Below are positions 13,128 through 26,500 of a DNA stretch of 64,000 nucleotides, piece by piece; position 1 is the first letter of the stretch; every line of letters begins with the position of its first letter. The DNA lies in contig JAAOMT010000723.1 in the NCBI GenBank assembly GCA_016748015.1, positions 262,544 to 326,543 of the forward strand, written 5' to 3'. Origin of the DNA: Geosiphon pyriformis uo1 (lineage: Eukaryota > Fungi > Glomeromycota). Below the pieces are notes generated by a model. It was not told the origin of the DNA. It saw nothing but the letters and a program-made list of their open reading frames with translations, and searched no databases. Position numbers and translations under genes: made by a program.

Positions 13128-14387
13128 ATGGCAACTTGCCAACGTCTTTACACCTTTTCCCACCTATTGATCACCTATTTCTTATTCGTTCTTTCTATAT
13201 TGGTAGTCCTAAATTGTGCAGAATTAGAGCCAGCTTCAGCAAAATCACCTGGAACAGAACAGAGTCAGTTTGCACGTTTTGAACAACTTCTCGCTGGTGA
13301 CGGATCAGCTCCGTTTTTATTCGAGGAGACAAACTTGGATGCCATCGAAGATTCTAAAGCTTTGCGCCAATGGGGTGAAAACCTGGCAAAAGCGGCTGTG
13401 AAGGGTAAAGTACAACACATTTTAAAAAACCACCCACCACCTTCAGTTGCTAAAAGTGTTGTGAACCATATTTTGGGAAATCCTGGTAAACGGACACGGC
13501 ATCGTACCCCATCACCACCATCGAAAAGTTTCCGAGCAGCTTCCAACACCATGACTGAGAAAAAAACTGACATTCTAAAAGCATTGTTGTTGCTCGATTC
13601 TATTTATGATTCGGTCTCTGAGATTCCTTATTTTCGTACCGAGGAAGCGTTCGAACCAAACGCTCCGCGCTCTCCTGCTGTAGAAGTTATAGTTACTTCA
13701 TTAGTAATTCGTGGTAAACAAACTTTTGACAATTTTATTGACGCTACCTCTTCAACAACCGGCACAGCTTGTAGTTCTACCAATAAAACGTATCATAATC
13801 AGTCGGATCGTTCAATATTCTACAATTCTTTATCAGCCGGACTCTCGTCTGGCATTTTGACGCGACTATCCAAGAATTCCAATATTGACTTCAAAACGAA
13901 TATCTTGATCGATGTGATGAGTACATTGGCTATTCAAATTCATATGGTTAAGAGTATTGCTTCGTTAGCAGGCTTGGATACAGACGATGACGCGGTACGC
14001 ACCATGATTTATTTGTGCATCGCGTCCGATAGTGTGAAGAGTTTAATGGCACAAGCTGCGCGTGACTTGGCGATTATTTCAATGCGACGAATGGTTGGTA
14101 AAATTCCAAGTTCGGCCTTAGCTGCCATAAATAAACGCGTTGCGATGAAGCTGATTACCAAAGGAAAAATAGGGTTAGTCAGTTTGGCAAGCTTGGTGCC
14201 TCTAATCGGTGATTTAATCATTTTTATAGCAGACGGGATGTCAACTTATGGAATTGGTAAAGTAGCAAAATTTGTATTTTGTCCATTACCTACGGTTCCA
14301 CCATCAGAAGACCAGGGATCATCATCATCATCATCACCACCATCACCATCTTCCTCAGTCTCAGTTAGTTTAAAACCTGAATTATAA
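13128..14387 (+). CDS. Intronless protein with N-terminal signal/TM segment and C-terminal EcsC-like domain
   Basis: Long ORF with hydrophobic LLITYFLFVLSILVVLNCA. C-terminal IQIHMVKSIASLAGLD...AINKRVAMKLITKG..GLVSLASLVPLIG......DGMSTYGIGKVAK resembles the EcsC family. An alternative upstream ATG lies at 13056. Confidence 0.75.
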   Translation: MATCQRLYTFSHLLITYFLFVLSILVVLNCAELEPASAKSPGTEQSQFARFEQLLAGDGSAPFLFEETNLDAIEDSKALRQWGENLAKAAVKGKVQHILKNHPPPSVAKSVVNHILGNPGKRTRHRTPSPPSKSFRAASNTMTEKKTDILKALLLLDSIYDSVSEIPYFRTEEAFEPNAPRSPAVEVIVTSLVIRGKQTFDNFIDATSSTTGTACSSTNKTYHNQSDRSIFYNSLSAGLSSGILTRLSKNSNIDFKTNILIDVMSTLAIQIHMVKSIASLAGLDTDDDAVRTMIYLCIASDSVKSLMAQAARDLAIISMRRMVGKIPSSALAAINKRVAMKLITKGKIGLVSLASLVPLIGDLIIFIADGMSTYGIGKVAKFVFCPLPTVPPSEDQGSSSSSSPPSPSSSVSVSLKPEL

Positions 14388-14583
14388 GATGCTACAGAAA
14401 ATGATTAGACTCAAGATTGAATTTAAATGTGAAGTTTTGCTATTAAGAATAACAATTTGCCGGACTATCTTTCCAGCTCTTGACACTTTGATTTCTATGC
14501 ATATTATATTTTAGTTCTAAGTAATGAAAATATTATCGTATAATACTTTAGATTATGAGTGAATAGTAATAGTAATTTTTGTC

Positions 14584-17345
14584 CTAGTCTGCCTTGATAG
14601 CTGGAATTTAGAAAAAAACTTGTTAAAAATGTTGAAATTTCAAAAAATGTAAAAATTTAGACCAAACTTACCAGAATAAATTTTTCTTACAAACCAATAA
14701 GTACCGAAAAATCCCAAAGTTCCCGTTAGCAAACCAAATACACAAGAAGCGAGAAAACTATACATGAAATAAACGAGGGTTGGAATGAAGCCCGTAATTT
14801 GCAGTTTGGCAAAGTAGAAAATACTATATAGGAAAATATAGATGGCTGAGCTGCCACCGACAAAAAATGAACGCCACCACCAGTGATAATTCTGGGTTGA
14901 ATGAGAAATAATGCGCATTAATTAAAATTAATAGATGTTTATCAAATATCATAAATAGTTTACCTCTCCACACAACTGAAAATAGGTGATCACAATGGCT
15001 ATCTCAATTACTGTCACGACCAAAATGATAAAGACCAATCCAAGAAACCCAAACATATAGTAAAACTGATCTTGCCATATGGACTTCAGTATGAAAAAAA
15101 GCTCAATAAAGATAACCGCAAATGGCATCAAGCCACCAATCATTATGCTAAGAAACGGTGAGAAAATGTAAAAAACCAAGATTATCTTGTTTAAAAAAAG
15201 ATGAGCGCACTAAAATGTCTTACCTGACACCAGGTTGTAAATACCAAACTGATTCTGGAATTTGTCGAGGAATTTGGTTGGTACGTACGGGATGTTCAAT
15301 TATCTTCTTCTTATAACCAAAGTACGCTCCTATGAGCGCAAGTGGCAAAGAAATGAAGAACCAAATAGAAATCAAAGCAAAAAAAGTTCCAAAAGGTATG
15401 GCACTCGATGAATGTTGTGACCAGATGAAAAAGTTGAGCGCGAATATGACACCGAATATAAAACCCGGAAATAATATCGAGGTCTGTAAAGCAGATCGTC
15501 AAAATAAATAACTTTTGTAAAATATTGATCAAGACATTAAAATTGAGGATAACTTACGACAACAGCATTTTTTTTCCAAGCAGTCCCCTTAAATACTTTA
15601 TACATTCGCGAGCTGTAGTATCCAGCAAAAACACTTTGGCGGAAAAAAATTAGTTAATCACATGTCCAGCTTGAATAGAAAGAACTTTCTTATACATACG
15701 CCGAGAAAGCAAATAAAAATAGAGCAAATGATAGAAATCCACCACGATATGAAGGGTTTAAAACACCCAGAATCGAAAATACTATGAGAATTTTAAATGT
15801 TTATTAATATGTATTGATAGAGAATTTAATTTAATAAAAGTCAATACCCATAGTAAAGATCCCCATTAATAAAATTTGGACCCCTGATCCGAGCAAAGGG
15901 GCTAGAAAGCCACCCCATTTTGGCGGTCTGAAAACATCACCATGAACTAGTTTCCAACCTGTAGTATCATCTTGATCTTCCTAGCAATTTTAGACAAATT
16001 TTAGCATGTCGATTGTTTCAATGAAATTTAAGAAGAATATTTTACGAACAAGTTTCAAATCTTTTTCGTTATAAGAAGCGATATCTTTGTTAAGAGTTCG
16101 AAGCATGATGATAGCCACCATCGCAGACAGGAACAGAGCAATAATAAGGGAATTTATAATGGAGTACCAATGAATTTGTGGATCTGTATTGACTAAGTAA
16201 AGATCCCAACGATTTCCCCAAGATACTTGTTTATTCTTTCAAAAGGATTGAGAAAATAATGAGATTTAAATAAAATAACAAAATTAAGAATGATGAATAT
16301 CTTTAAAATTATTATTTACCTCTATCCATTCAACAGAATATGAATAAGTTACTGACACACTCCCGTTACCAACTTCCAATTTTTCATTTTTAGAGTTTTC
16401 CGGTTTGTCAGGGCAAATGTTTTTTAATGCATTGATTCTAGAGTAAAATATTTAAGTCAAGGATTAGAAACTTCTTTGGATCAAGTTTAATTAATGAGTG
16501 ATTATTTGTTGACACACATACACTTACGAATATGGTTCAACTTCAAATCCGACAATCAAGTATCCATTGGGATCGTTATCTTTTTTCTCATACAAAATCT
16601 TAATGGCAAAATGATTGTTAAGATATGCCGTCTTGTCGTTTCGCTGGCAAAATAAAAGCGAAATTTGATTAGCTTTCTATTTGATTTCACATAATTAAAC
16701 CTATAAGTCATAAATGCACCTTATCTTCAGTTTGGCCGAGGTTAAACCCAACTTCATATTGTCTTTGTTTTCCATCTGCCGTGGGATATGCAGTTGCACC
16801 GGGAAGGTTATCAACGATCCTGAAATTGAGTCAACTCAAATTGATATCAAGATTAAAGAAACCCAAAAATGGGAGCAAACCAACTCACCATTCAACTCGA
16901 TAATCTTTTTTGATTAATTGCTTAGCTCTCATTGATTCCCCGGCATTCAAATCTTTTGCACATACCACTAAGCATTCTTTATTAACTCCAACATTAAGCT
17001 ATTTAAAAAAGGAGAGCAGAGTAAGAAACTTGAAAAATTAACTTAAATTCTTGCACAAGACAGATTTACCTTCAATTTCTCGGGGCCAAGTTCGATGCGA
17101 TCACCGCGCAAAACCTCCCCCAAATTCAACCACCGATTTCCCCCTTTGCGAGCAGGACATACAAACGGAAGATCGCTATATGCAAAGGGAAGTTGAGTTT
17201 TATCGGAAAATATTTTATTGACATAGAGATCGACAGGTTCGTCATATTGAAAAGTTTTTGGGCTCAGTCCTGGAATATAGAAACCCGTGCCAAGCGGAAT
17301 GCACAACACTAGCAGAAATATAATTGTTCTGTGTAGTAGCTTCAT
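14584..17345 (-). CDS. EMP70: Transmembrane 9 superfamily protein (EMP70/TMN, nonaspanin), many exons
   Basis: Signal peptide then FYIPG..P..F; NLGEVLRGDRI; IHWYSIINS; GWKLVHGDVFRPP; HPVRTNQIPRQIP; GGLMPFAVIFIELFFI; NYHWWWRSF; C-terminal IYSAIKAD (KxD/E motif). Confidence 0.95.
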
Positions 17346-17547
17346 GTTGGTTTGATGAGGGAGTTTCTGTTTCAAGATAACAGGAAAAGTTTGATAAATA
17401 TTACCAAATTGATGCAACAATACCGAACTTTTGGGACGCGTGATCCTGCGTTACCCTCTAAAAAGTCATCAAGACATGTGTGTTTAAAAACGAATTTGCG
17501 AGATTCTTATCAGAGAACTGGGTGTGCTTATTTTTAATCCTAAAAAA
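17346..17547. promoter_or_regulatory. Short (~200 bp) bidirectional promoter between TM9SF and DnaJ genes
   Basis: Head-to-head ATGs ~200 bp apart; contains ACGCGT near 17436. Confidence 0.55.
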
Positions 17548-18685
17548 ATGTCAGAATATTTGAGTTTTCTTGGCTGGACCTTTCTACCACAGCTCGTGAC
17601 CAACTGGCTTCAAAGTTTATATTACAAGCTTTCCTACCCAGTTGGAGCAAACGTACCGAAACCAGGACAACAAAAGTATTCACGACATCATAGTCGAATA
17701 TATGCTTTTGTGGTGTTAGCTTATCTCGCTTATACAATCATTCAAGTTGATCAATCAATACAACCAAACTATTATAAGCTTCTTGACCTTGGTCGAGACT
17801 TTACTGACAAAGAACTTAAGACAAACTCTCGAAAACTGTAAGTTATTAAACCGGGTTCCATTTTTTAGAAAGAGTTATTGACAAAGCTAGGGTTTTCACA
17901 GACATCTCCAATACCATCCTGATAAAAATCCTGGAGAAGAAGCAAAGGCCATATTCATAGTTATACGCACAGCATATGATACTCTCTCAGACCCCGTGAA
18001 ACGTTTCGCATATGATAGGTGAAGGCTTTTTTATTTCTTTCGAACCTATTACGCCAAAAAATATCTTTCTAAATTGCTATATTCATTCTAAAGATTTGGC
18101 CCCGATATTGAACGATGGGATCATTCAAAAACGATACGTGATTACCTATACAATGGGTGGTCCTCTTTTGTCGAATTTTATTTGGGCACCGGTCTTTTAT
18201 TGCTTATACTCAATATCCTGGGGAAAGGACAATTTGGGCGATTCTGGAGATTTGTTGTATTTTTTGCGATGGGATGCCTGGAGGCAACTATGATACTTCA
18301 TCCGAAACCCCCGTTAATTCTATCCTTACTAATACCACATCGTGTCATTTTTGAACAAATTACGATATTACGACAAATCTTTATCACCACTTTTATTGGT
18401 TTGTCGCAAGTTGGACCAGTCTTGTTCCCTTCTGAATCAACCGATTTTCGTGAACCGCTACAAAGGCTGGATATTTTAAGCAATATAGTTGCAGAAGAAG
18501 CCACAAATCACGTACGAGCAGGGTTTGAACCTTTCGCACGTGATCCACAGGGTAGAGCTGATTTGAAGAGAAAAATGGAGAAATTGGCGATGGATTCCTA
18601 TTTGTATACGGATCCTGAATTCAATCGAATGTACAGTCAAGCCCATCAACGGATGGTCAGTCGGCGAAAAAATCCACGAGTTTAA
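17548..18685 (+). CDS. Membrane-associated DnaJ-domain protein, 3 exons
   Basis: TM segment, then NYYKLLDL...[20 protein letters not shown]...[18 protein letters not shown] (J domain with HPD), followed by further TM segments. Introns start at 17838 and 18019. Confidence 0.92.
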
Positions 18686-19433
18686 TGAATATGTAAAAGG
18701 ATTAATAATTAATTTGCGCTCAAAGCTCCGCCAAAAAGCAGGTCTTTTTGAAAAATAAGATGCCTTTTGGGCAAATAAAAATGTTTCATAATTCTTATCT
18801 TCCAAATATGAAAACATGTGATCATTTTAATATGCTGTGTAAATCCTCAAAGAGACCATTTTCCATTTCTGGATTCGTTTTTAATGAGCGAATTTTTTGG
18901 AGATTACAATTATTTAGCCATTTTATATCATGGTAATTATAATTAATTTGAAGAAAGTTAATATTAAAATAACACTTGTGGGGATTGGAATTTTTTCATT
19001 TAGTTACAGCGTTATTTTTAATTAATACTAATCGAGTAGTTTTTAACCATTATTGTAACATTTTATTAAGACCAGTTTTTAAAGTCAAAATTTTCAAATA
19101 TTATTTTTTGACAATCAGAAATAATAAAAAGATAAAATAAAATATTTTAAATTGTTTACTAATTTTATGTTAAATTAATAATAAAAAATATCAAAATAAT
19201 TCAAATAGTTCAAATTTAAATCAATTTAATTATCAAAAAATTTTAACATTTAAATCACAAAATTGGCCAAATATTTATTTATAATTAAATTAAATTGCAA
19301 ATATAATTAATAAACATTATATTAGTTGTAATTCATTTTTATTTATTTATTTAACATATAAAGTTTTATTATTATTTATTACAATACAACAATCAAATGT
19401 TTTAAAATAAACATATTTATGTACTTTTTATAT

Positions 19434-21394
19434 TATTACTCATAAAAAAACATACAAGAAAATAGTAAAAAAAAGAACAGATAGACCAATAGAAGAATAG
19501 TAGTTAACACATAAACACATTGTTTAGCAATGTGAAGCATAATCAGAAATTATGGCACATTGCTCAGCAATATAAAGCATTGTCAAAAAATCATAGCATA
19601 TTGTTCAATAATATGGAACAATGTTAGAGCACATTGCTTAACAATATGAGTATTGCTCAAGAAATCATAGCATATTGCTCAAGAATGTGAGTAATCTTAT
19701 AAAACCCAAATTATGTATATATAGCAAGAGCATTAAAAGCAAAAAAAACAAATCAGACAGAATAAAATCAATATCAAGATCTCCATTGAAATACATCTTA
19801 GTTAAAATTATCAATATTAATAAATAATTATTCACTATCTAAATTACTCTTCTTACAATCAATACTCTATGTTAATAGTATTTAATACTTGATTACACTG
19901 GAACAATAGCTCTTAATTATGGTGTTACCTAAGTAAAAAAACTGATTTAAAGTTATAAAGAAACATGACCAAAACATGACATAATACAGAATAGTGTGCA
20001 ATAACATTGGATAATGCATTATAACTTAAGATAATGCAAAATAACATGTTATAATGTGAGATAACACAGAATAATATGTAATAATACCAGATAACATATT
20101 ATAATATAGGATAACTAGTAATAACATAGAAAAATAAAGCAATTACAAAAATAACAAAGCAATAATTAGCAATAATAGAACAGTTAAAAAGCAATCCTGT
20201 AAAACCAAAAGAATATATAAAAATGAATAATTAAGAAAGATAGAAAAAAACAGACATTTAGATACAAATGACTAGACAAAAAGCAATTCTTTTATTCTCT
20301 ATTATCTCTTACTTGCTCTTAGATTCCAAAATAAATCAATTATTCAAAATCAAATTCACAAATATATGTTTTCAAAACTTCTATGTTCAAATTAAATTGA
20401 GTCATTGTTTTGTATCTCTATTTCAGAACAGATGCTCTTAGCATAATTGTCTCAAATCATTAATGATTTGGACCAATTGCTCTTGATTACAACAATTGAC
20501 AATACTAATTCTTTTTTTTTCTTTTTTTCTTTTTTTTATTTTTATTTTTTATTTTTTGTGAAGCAACAACATAGTAAAATTAACTGTTTGAGTAAAAAAG
20601 AGAAGCTCTTTTTAAGTTTTGGATATTAACATTATTTTGATAACTTACCAAAAGAGTAAAAAAAACAATATCAAACCTTAGTAACTGCATTTGTTAGCTC
20701 AGAAAAAATAGCTTACATTTATAAAAAGTTGCAATCAGTGAAAGCCAAACCTTTGTGTCTTATAACCAACAAATTCAACAGATAAATTCACAACTAGTAA
20801 ATAAGACCTTCAGAGACTAATAATCAAGACTAAATCAATGAAATTATGTAAAACATGCATTATTAATAATTAAGAGCACCAAATGTTACTATTTTTCTAT
20901 CTCACCAAGTTTACCTGTAACAACAGTTATTGATGGGATACTAACTTACCATTGTCTTAGCTTATTTCTTTAATTTCTTTTATTTTTCTTTTTTCTTTTT
21001 TTTCTTTATTTTTTTCTTTATTGTTTACTAATTGATTAATACATAAAGGTACTAATGTTAAGATATATAGTACTGATAAAAGACCCAGAAATAAGGATAA
21101 ATACTCATAATTAAGAATAGCTTACTAGAAGATTGCTGGCCATCATGCCAAGAAAAAAATCAATAGAATTGTAATTTTGAGAAGTAATGAACAACAAAAC
21201 ACATTAATTCAAAGGTTAATACTTAAAACATCACTAAAAAAAAACAATATCTAAATCTCTGTCTATTATACAAAAAACTCAACCAAAACCTTTAGATAAC
21301 CAAAATCTTCAAATAATACACATTATATCAGCTATTAAGCACCAAGTTACAGGTTTGTTATTTGATTTGAGACCCTAAATAATCATTTGTAACA
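19434..21394 (+). mobile_element. Solo LTR (family A), interrupted by a nested LTR
   Basis: Begins TATTAC (decayed TGTTAC) and ends GTAACA, with ATAT on both flanks. Shares blocks with 50239-51054, e.g. aattatgtatatata, acactggaacaatagctctt, aaagacccagaaataagg, aagcaccaagttac. Confidence 0.8.
19923..20922. mobile_element. Solo LTR-like element (family B, 1000 bp) nested inside the family A LTR
   Basis: TGTTAC...GTAACA inverted termini. Removing it restores the family A sequence (tcttaatt-atgg-[ins]-acag-ttattga versus tcttaatc-atgg-ctattga at ~50606). Confidence 0.8.
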
Positions 21395-22858
21395 ATATAT
21401 AACTAAATATAAGTTTAATTAAAGTTAAATTACATTGAATTTATAGATAAAAACTTATTTAAAACCACTATTTTTTGCAAAATTATAATCAAATTTTAAT
21501 TTTTAGTAGACAAATTATTTATATTATATTTTATTTTAAAATTAAAAAGTTTTTACTTAATTATAAACAACTTTTTAAAAATACCAATATTTTTTTATTT
21601 AAAAAAATATACTAATTAACTTTATAATTAAAAAAACCAAAGTATTAATAAATTCAATAATAAACTTAAGTAATAAAGCCAATTTAATTAATTTAAATTT
21701 TAAAAAACCCAATTTAAAACTAATTACAAAATAAACAATTATAATAATAATAATAAAATTAAAAAAACAGTAGTTTTAACATAAAATTTTGCATAAATAA
21801 AACAAAACTCAAATATTTTGAAATTAATTACAGATTTAAACAAAAACTTCAGAAAAAAATATAAATATCTTGTAATTAAAGACCAAATAATTTACTTAAA
21901 ACAATATTAATATCTAAAAGTTTTTTATTAAATAAAACTTATTTTTAAAATACTAATTTTAATAATTACAATATTCAGAATTTTTAAAAAACTAAAAAAT
22001 AATAATAATATCTTTTAACTATTAAGTAAAGTTAAAAAACCAAGAAATAAAATAAGTATAATTACATATTTAAAAAACCAGATTATTAACTTTAAAAAAA
22101 CACAAAAAAAAATTTAACTTAATTTTAAAAATAATAATTTTTTTTAATTTAAAAAAATTATATACTGTTTTTTTAATAAAATTAATTAATAAAACAAAGT
22201 AATATTTAAAAATTTATGTAACTTAAAATAAACAATATTGTATTATTACTAACCAATAAATTTTAATTTAATATTAATAATTTTACCAAAAATATATATA
22301 GTATTTTTAATATTATTTATAAAAATTCAAAAAAATTATTATAAAAAACAAAAACAGCAAAAACAAAACCAAACACAAAAACTACAAAAATTTTTGCAAT
22401 CTTAAAAGTTTAAAAAAAAAGCTTTAATAAATTTAAGTTTAAAATACAAACTTTATATAAAATAATTTAATACTATTCTTAAAAATTAATTTTATAATAA
22501 AATTATATACAAACTGAAAAATATTTTTAAAATAAATTAATTTAATCTTAAAAAAAACACTAAGTACCAAAATAAAAACTATTGATTCAAAAAAATTTTA
22601 ATAATTAATAATTGGTTTTTAAGCACTAATAAAAACCAAAAAAAAAAGATTTTAGGTTTTTATTTAGTTAATTTAATTTTTAAAATTAAGTAATTTAATA
22701 AGTTAATTAAACAAAATTATATACAAAAATATAACTTGTTTTACTTTTAAAATTGGTAAAAATTAGCTAAAATTCAATATATTAAGCAATATAATTAAGT
22801 ATTAATTAAAGTTAATTTTAGCAAATATATTATTATTATTATTATTTAAAAAAAGAGT

Positions 22859-23517
22859 TGTTATTTATAATCAAATTAAAATTAAACACTATAATTGGTA
22901 AAAATATTATAAAATTAATATAAATATTCAAAAAATCAAATAAAATTTATATTTTATTTTTTATAAAAAAAAAACAGACTTTAAAATAACAATAAAAAAA
23001 AGCTTTTTTTTTAAGAAAATATATTAATTTTAATTTAAAAAACCATTATAAATTAACTTAATAAATCTATTTTAAAAACTTAAAACTTTCTTCAAAATTA
23101 ATACTGTTTAAAAACTTATAATTATAATTAATAGTTTAAAATTAATTAGTTATCAATTTTAATAATTACTTAATTACTTTTAAACTTAAATTAAAAAAAA
23201 AACTATTTTAATTTTTTTTAATTTTTTTATTTTTATTTTTATTTTTATTTTTATTTTTTTTTATATTATTAAATAGTCTATAGTTAAGACTTTTTAACTT
23301 TTACAGCAAAGTAATTATATATTATTAAAAAACTTACAAATAAGATATTTTTGTAAAAAAGTTAATTTTTATTATAAAATAATTGGTTATTTTATTATAA
23401 ATTTAACAGCATATATAATTTAAAGTATAAAAAAATATTTCGAAGATAAATTAGCTTATTAAAGATTTATTAATTTCTATTAACAGTAAAATTAATAATA
23501 AAATAATATTAATAACA
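22859..23517 (+). mobile_element. Decayed LTR (family C) preceded by a polypurine tract; likely 3' LTR of an element whose internal region is ~21.4-22.85 kb
   Basis: aaaaaaagagt immediately precedes TGTTAT; ends ATAACA. Its 3' ~450 bp align with ~62450-62945 (ttttacagcaaa, aaattagcttattaaa, aaaataatattaataaca). Confidence 0.6.
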
Positions 23518-26500
23518 TAAAAAAAAACAAATTAAGATATTATATTAAAAAAGTATATAACTAATTTATGTTTTTAATTATAAAATTATTTATTATCTTA
23601 AATTAAACTTGATTTTTTATTAAACACAAAATTATTTTTATAATTATATAATTTAAAATTCCAAATATGTAATAATTAATTATTTTATTAATAAATATTA
23701 AAATAATATTAAATTAATTTTTTTTTAATAATATTTAATGTTTTTTTAATTAATAATAATAATAATTTTTAAATATTATAATTATTTTAATTTTATATAA
23801 TAATTTAAAATTTTAAAAAAAATTATAAAATAAATAAATAACATTTTATAAATATGTTAAAAACAAATTAATAATTATTTTTTAAAAATTTAAAAATTAC
23901 AAAAACATATTTTTTAAATATTTTTAATATTGTAAAAAACATTATTTATTTAGGTTATACATATTAAAATATTATTACTTTTTACTTGTTTTTTGTTTTT
24001 TATAATTTATTATATAATTAAAATTATTATTAATTTTAATTTTAAAAAAAACCAATTTTTAATTTAAATAACAATTTAACAATCAAATTATATTAAAACT
24101 TAAAAAATATTAAAAAACATTTTTTTCTTTAATTTTTATGTTTATAATTAAAATAAATAATAAAAAATTAATAACTATTAAAATTGCTTAATAGTATTCT
24201 ATAAAAGCATTTTAAATAAAATAATAATTAACCAGTTTTTTACTATTTTAAAAGCATTTTTTTATTATTGGTTAAAAGTTTTTTTTTAAAGTTTTTTAAA
24301 ATAGTTTATTTGATATAATTTTTGTTTTTTTTAAATTTTATAAGAATATATAAAACACAATTAGTTAAAAATCAAAGCTAATTTAATCAAAATGTAACCA
24401 AAATTTTTTTAATTAGTTGTCAAAAATGTATAGTGTTTAAAAACTTAGTTTTAAAAATAAGAATAAAAAAATATTAAAAAAATATTAAAAAATCACAATT
24501 AAAATATTTAATTATTTAAACACTATTGTTAAAACCATATAAAAAAAGTAATTAATTGTTCATTATAAAACTATAAAAAAAAATTGGCTTAATATAAAAC
24601 CAATGTTTTTTTTTAGTTTACAAAAAAACTATATATATAACTAAATTATATAAGATCTATATATTATATTAAAACTACTTTAAATATATTAACTATTTAT
24701 ATATATTAAATTAATTAATTTGATAAAAGAATAAACATATATTATATCAAATATTTTATAATAATATTATCTTATATTATAATAATATGTTATATATAAT
24801 ACATAATTATAAATATATATACTATAAATATATAGCATAATATTATTATAAAAATATACTAGTTTAAATATTTCAATTCATTGTATTATCTTATTTATAT
24901 AAAAATAACTATAAATTTGTGTTTTAATCTAATGTGTTTTTTATTTTTTAATTTAACATGTTTTTTATTTTCTGATCTAATGTATCTTTTATTTATATTT
25001 TTTATTTTTATATCTATTGTATTTTTAATATTGTATTTTGATTTTATTTATTATTAAACTCTTCTAATATGCAAGTTTTTTTAATTATATCACAATATAA
25101 CAAGTTTTATATTTATAAAATTTTTACAAATTAACACCAAAAATTTTGCAATATATTTAGATATAATTATATAGTAAATACAGAAAATTCAGTATATTAA
25201 AAGTTTAATTTATATATTATAAATTAGACTGTATTTTTATATTTTAATTGGCTAATAAATTATATTTTATTTAAAATCATAAAATTTTGACATTTTTATA
25301 TTCTAATTGACTTATAAAAATTTAAAATTACATATTATATAAAATTATATAAAACATAAGATTTTAAATTATTGGTTTTTTTTTTTATAATAATATGATA
25401 TATATTCATTTTCTTATAAACTTATTTAGTATTTTATTTTTTTAAAAGTTAATAATTTAGATAATCAAATTTAAATAATTAAATTTAATACTATAATTAT
25501 ATATTATTAATATTAATTGTAATTATAACTAATACAATTAAATATAGATTAATTAATTATATTTCTTAATAATTATTTTTGGATAATAATTACAAATTTG
25601 AAATTTTGGACTGTATAAATAAAAGCATATAGAAATTTTAGAACATAATAAAACTTATTATTATTAAATTATATATATTAATTTTTAATTTTTATTGGTG
25701 TTTTTAATTGTTAATCTTTTATTTTTTATTTATTGACTGATTTTATTGATTAAACATAATAATATAAGTCTTTTTTACATGATTTTAATAATAATTTTTA
25801 TAATATATATTGTAATTTTTATATTGAAAACTGTAAAAATCTATTAGTAATAATATATAATAATAATTTTTTTAAAAAATTAAAAAATTAAAAATTTATT
25901 TATTTTTTTATAAAAATGAAGTTTTGATTTTTTCGGCTTTTTTATTAATTCTATATTATTAATATTAATTATACTTAATTTTATTATAATTTTAAATAAA
26001 AAAATCTTTTATTTTAAATAATAACAATAGAAATATATTAATTAATTTTGACTTAAAATAGTTCTTAATTATATTTTCTAATATATTGTTTTTTAGTAAA
26101 TTTTTTTTAGTTTTAAAAACAAATAAAACATATTTTTGCACATGTTTTTATTTAATTATATTAATTTTAAAGATTAAACTAATTAAATAAAATAGAATTA
26201 AATATTTTTTTATTTTTTTTTTATTTTTAAAATTGTTAAATCTATAATAGTTTTTTGAGAATTTTTTTTTGCTGTTATTATTTTGTATAATATATCTTTA
26301 AGTATATTTATAACTAATATTAAAACAGTTTTTGGTATTTATAATAAAGTTTTTAAAGTTATATTAAAATCTGCTAATATTTAACAATATATTGTTATTT
26401 ATTTTAAGTCTTTTAATATAGTTATAACTGTTTTAATATATTAATTAATTTTAATAAACAAAAACAGTATTAAGATTTTATTTTGTAAATTAAAAAAAAT

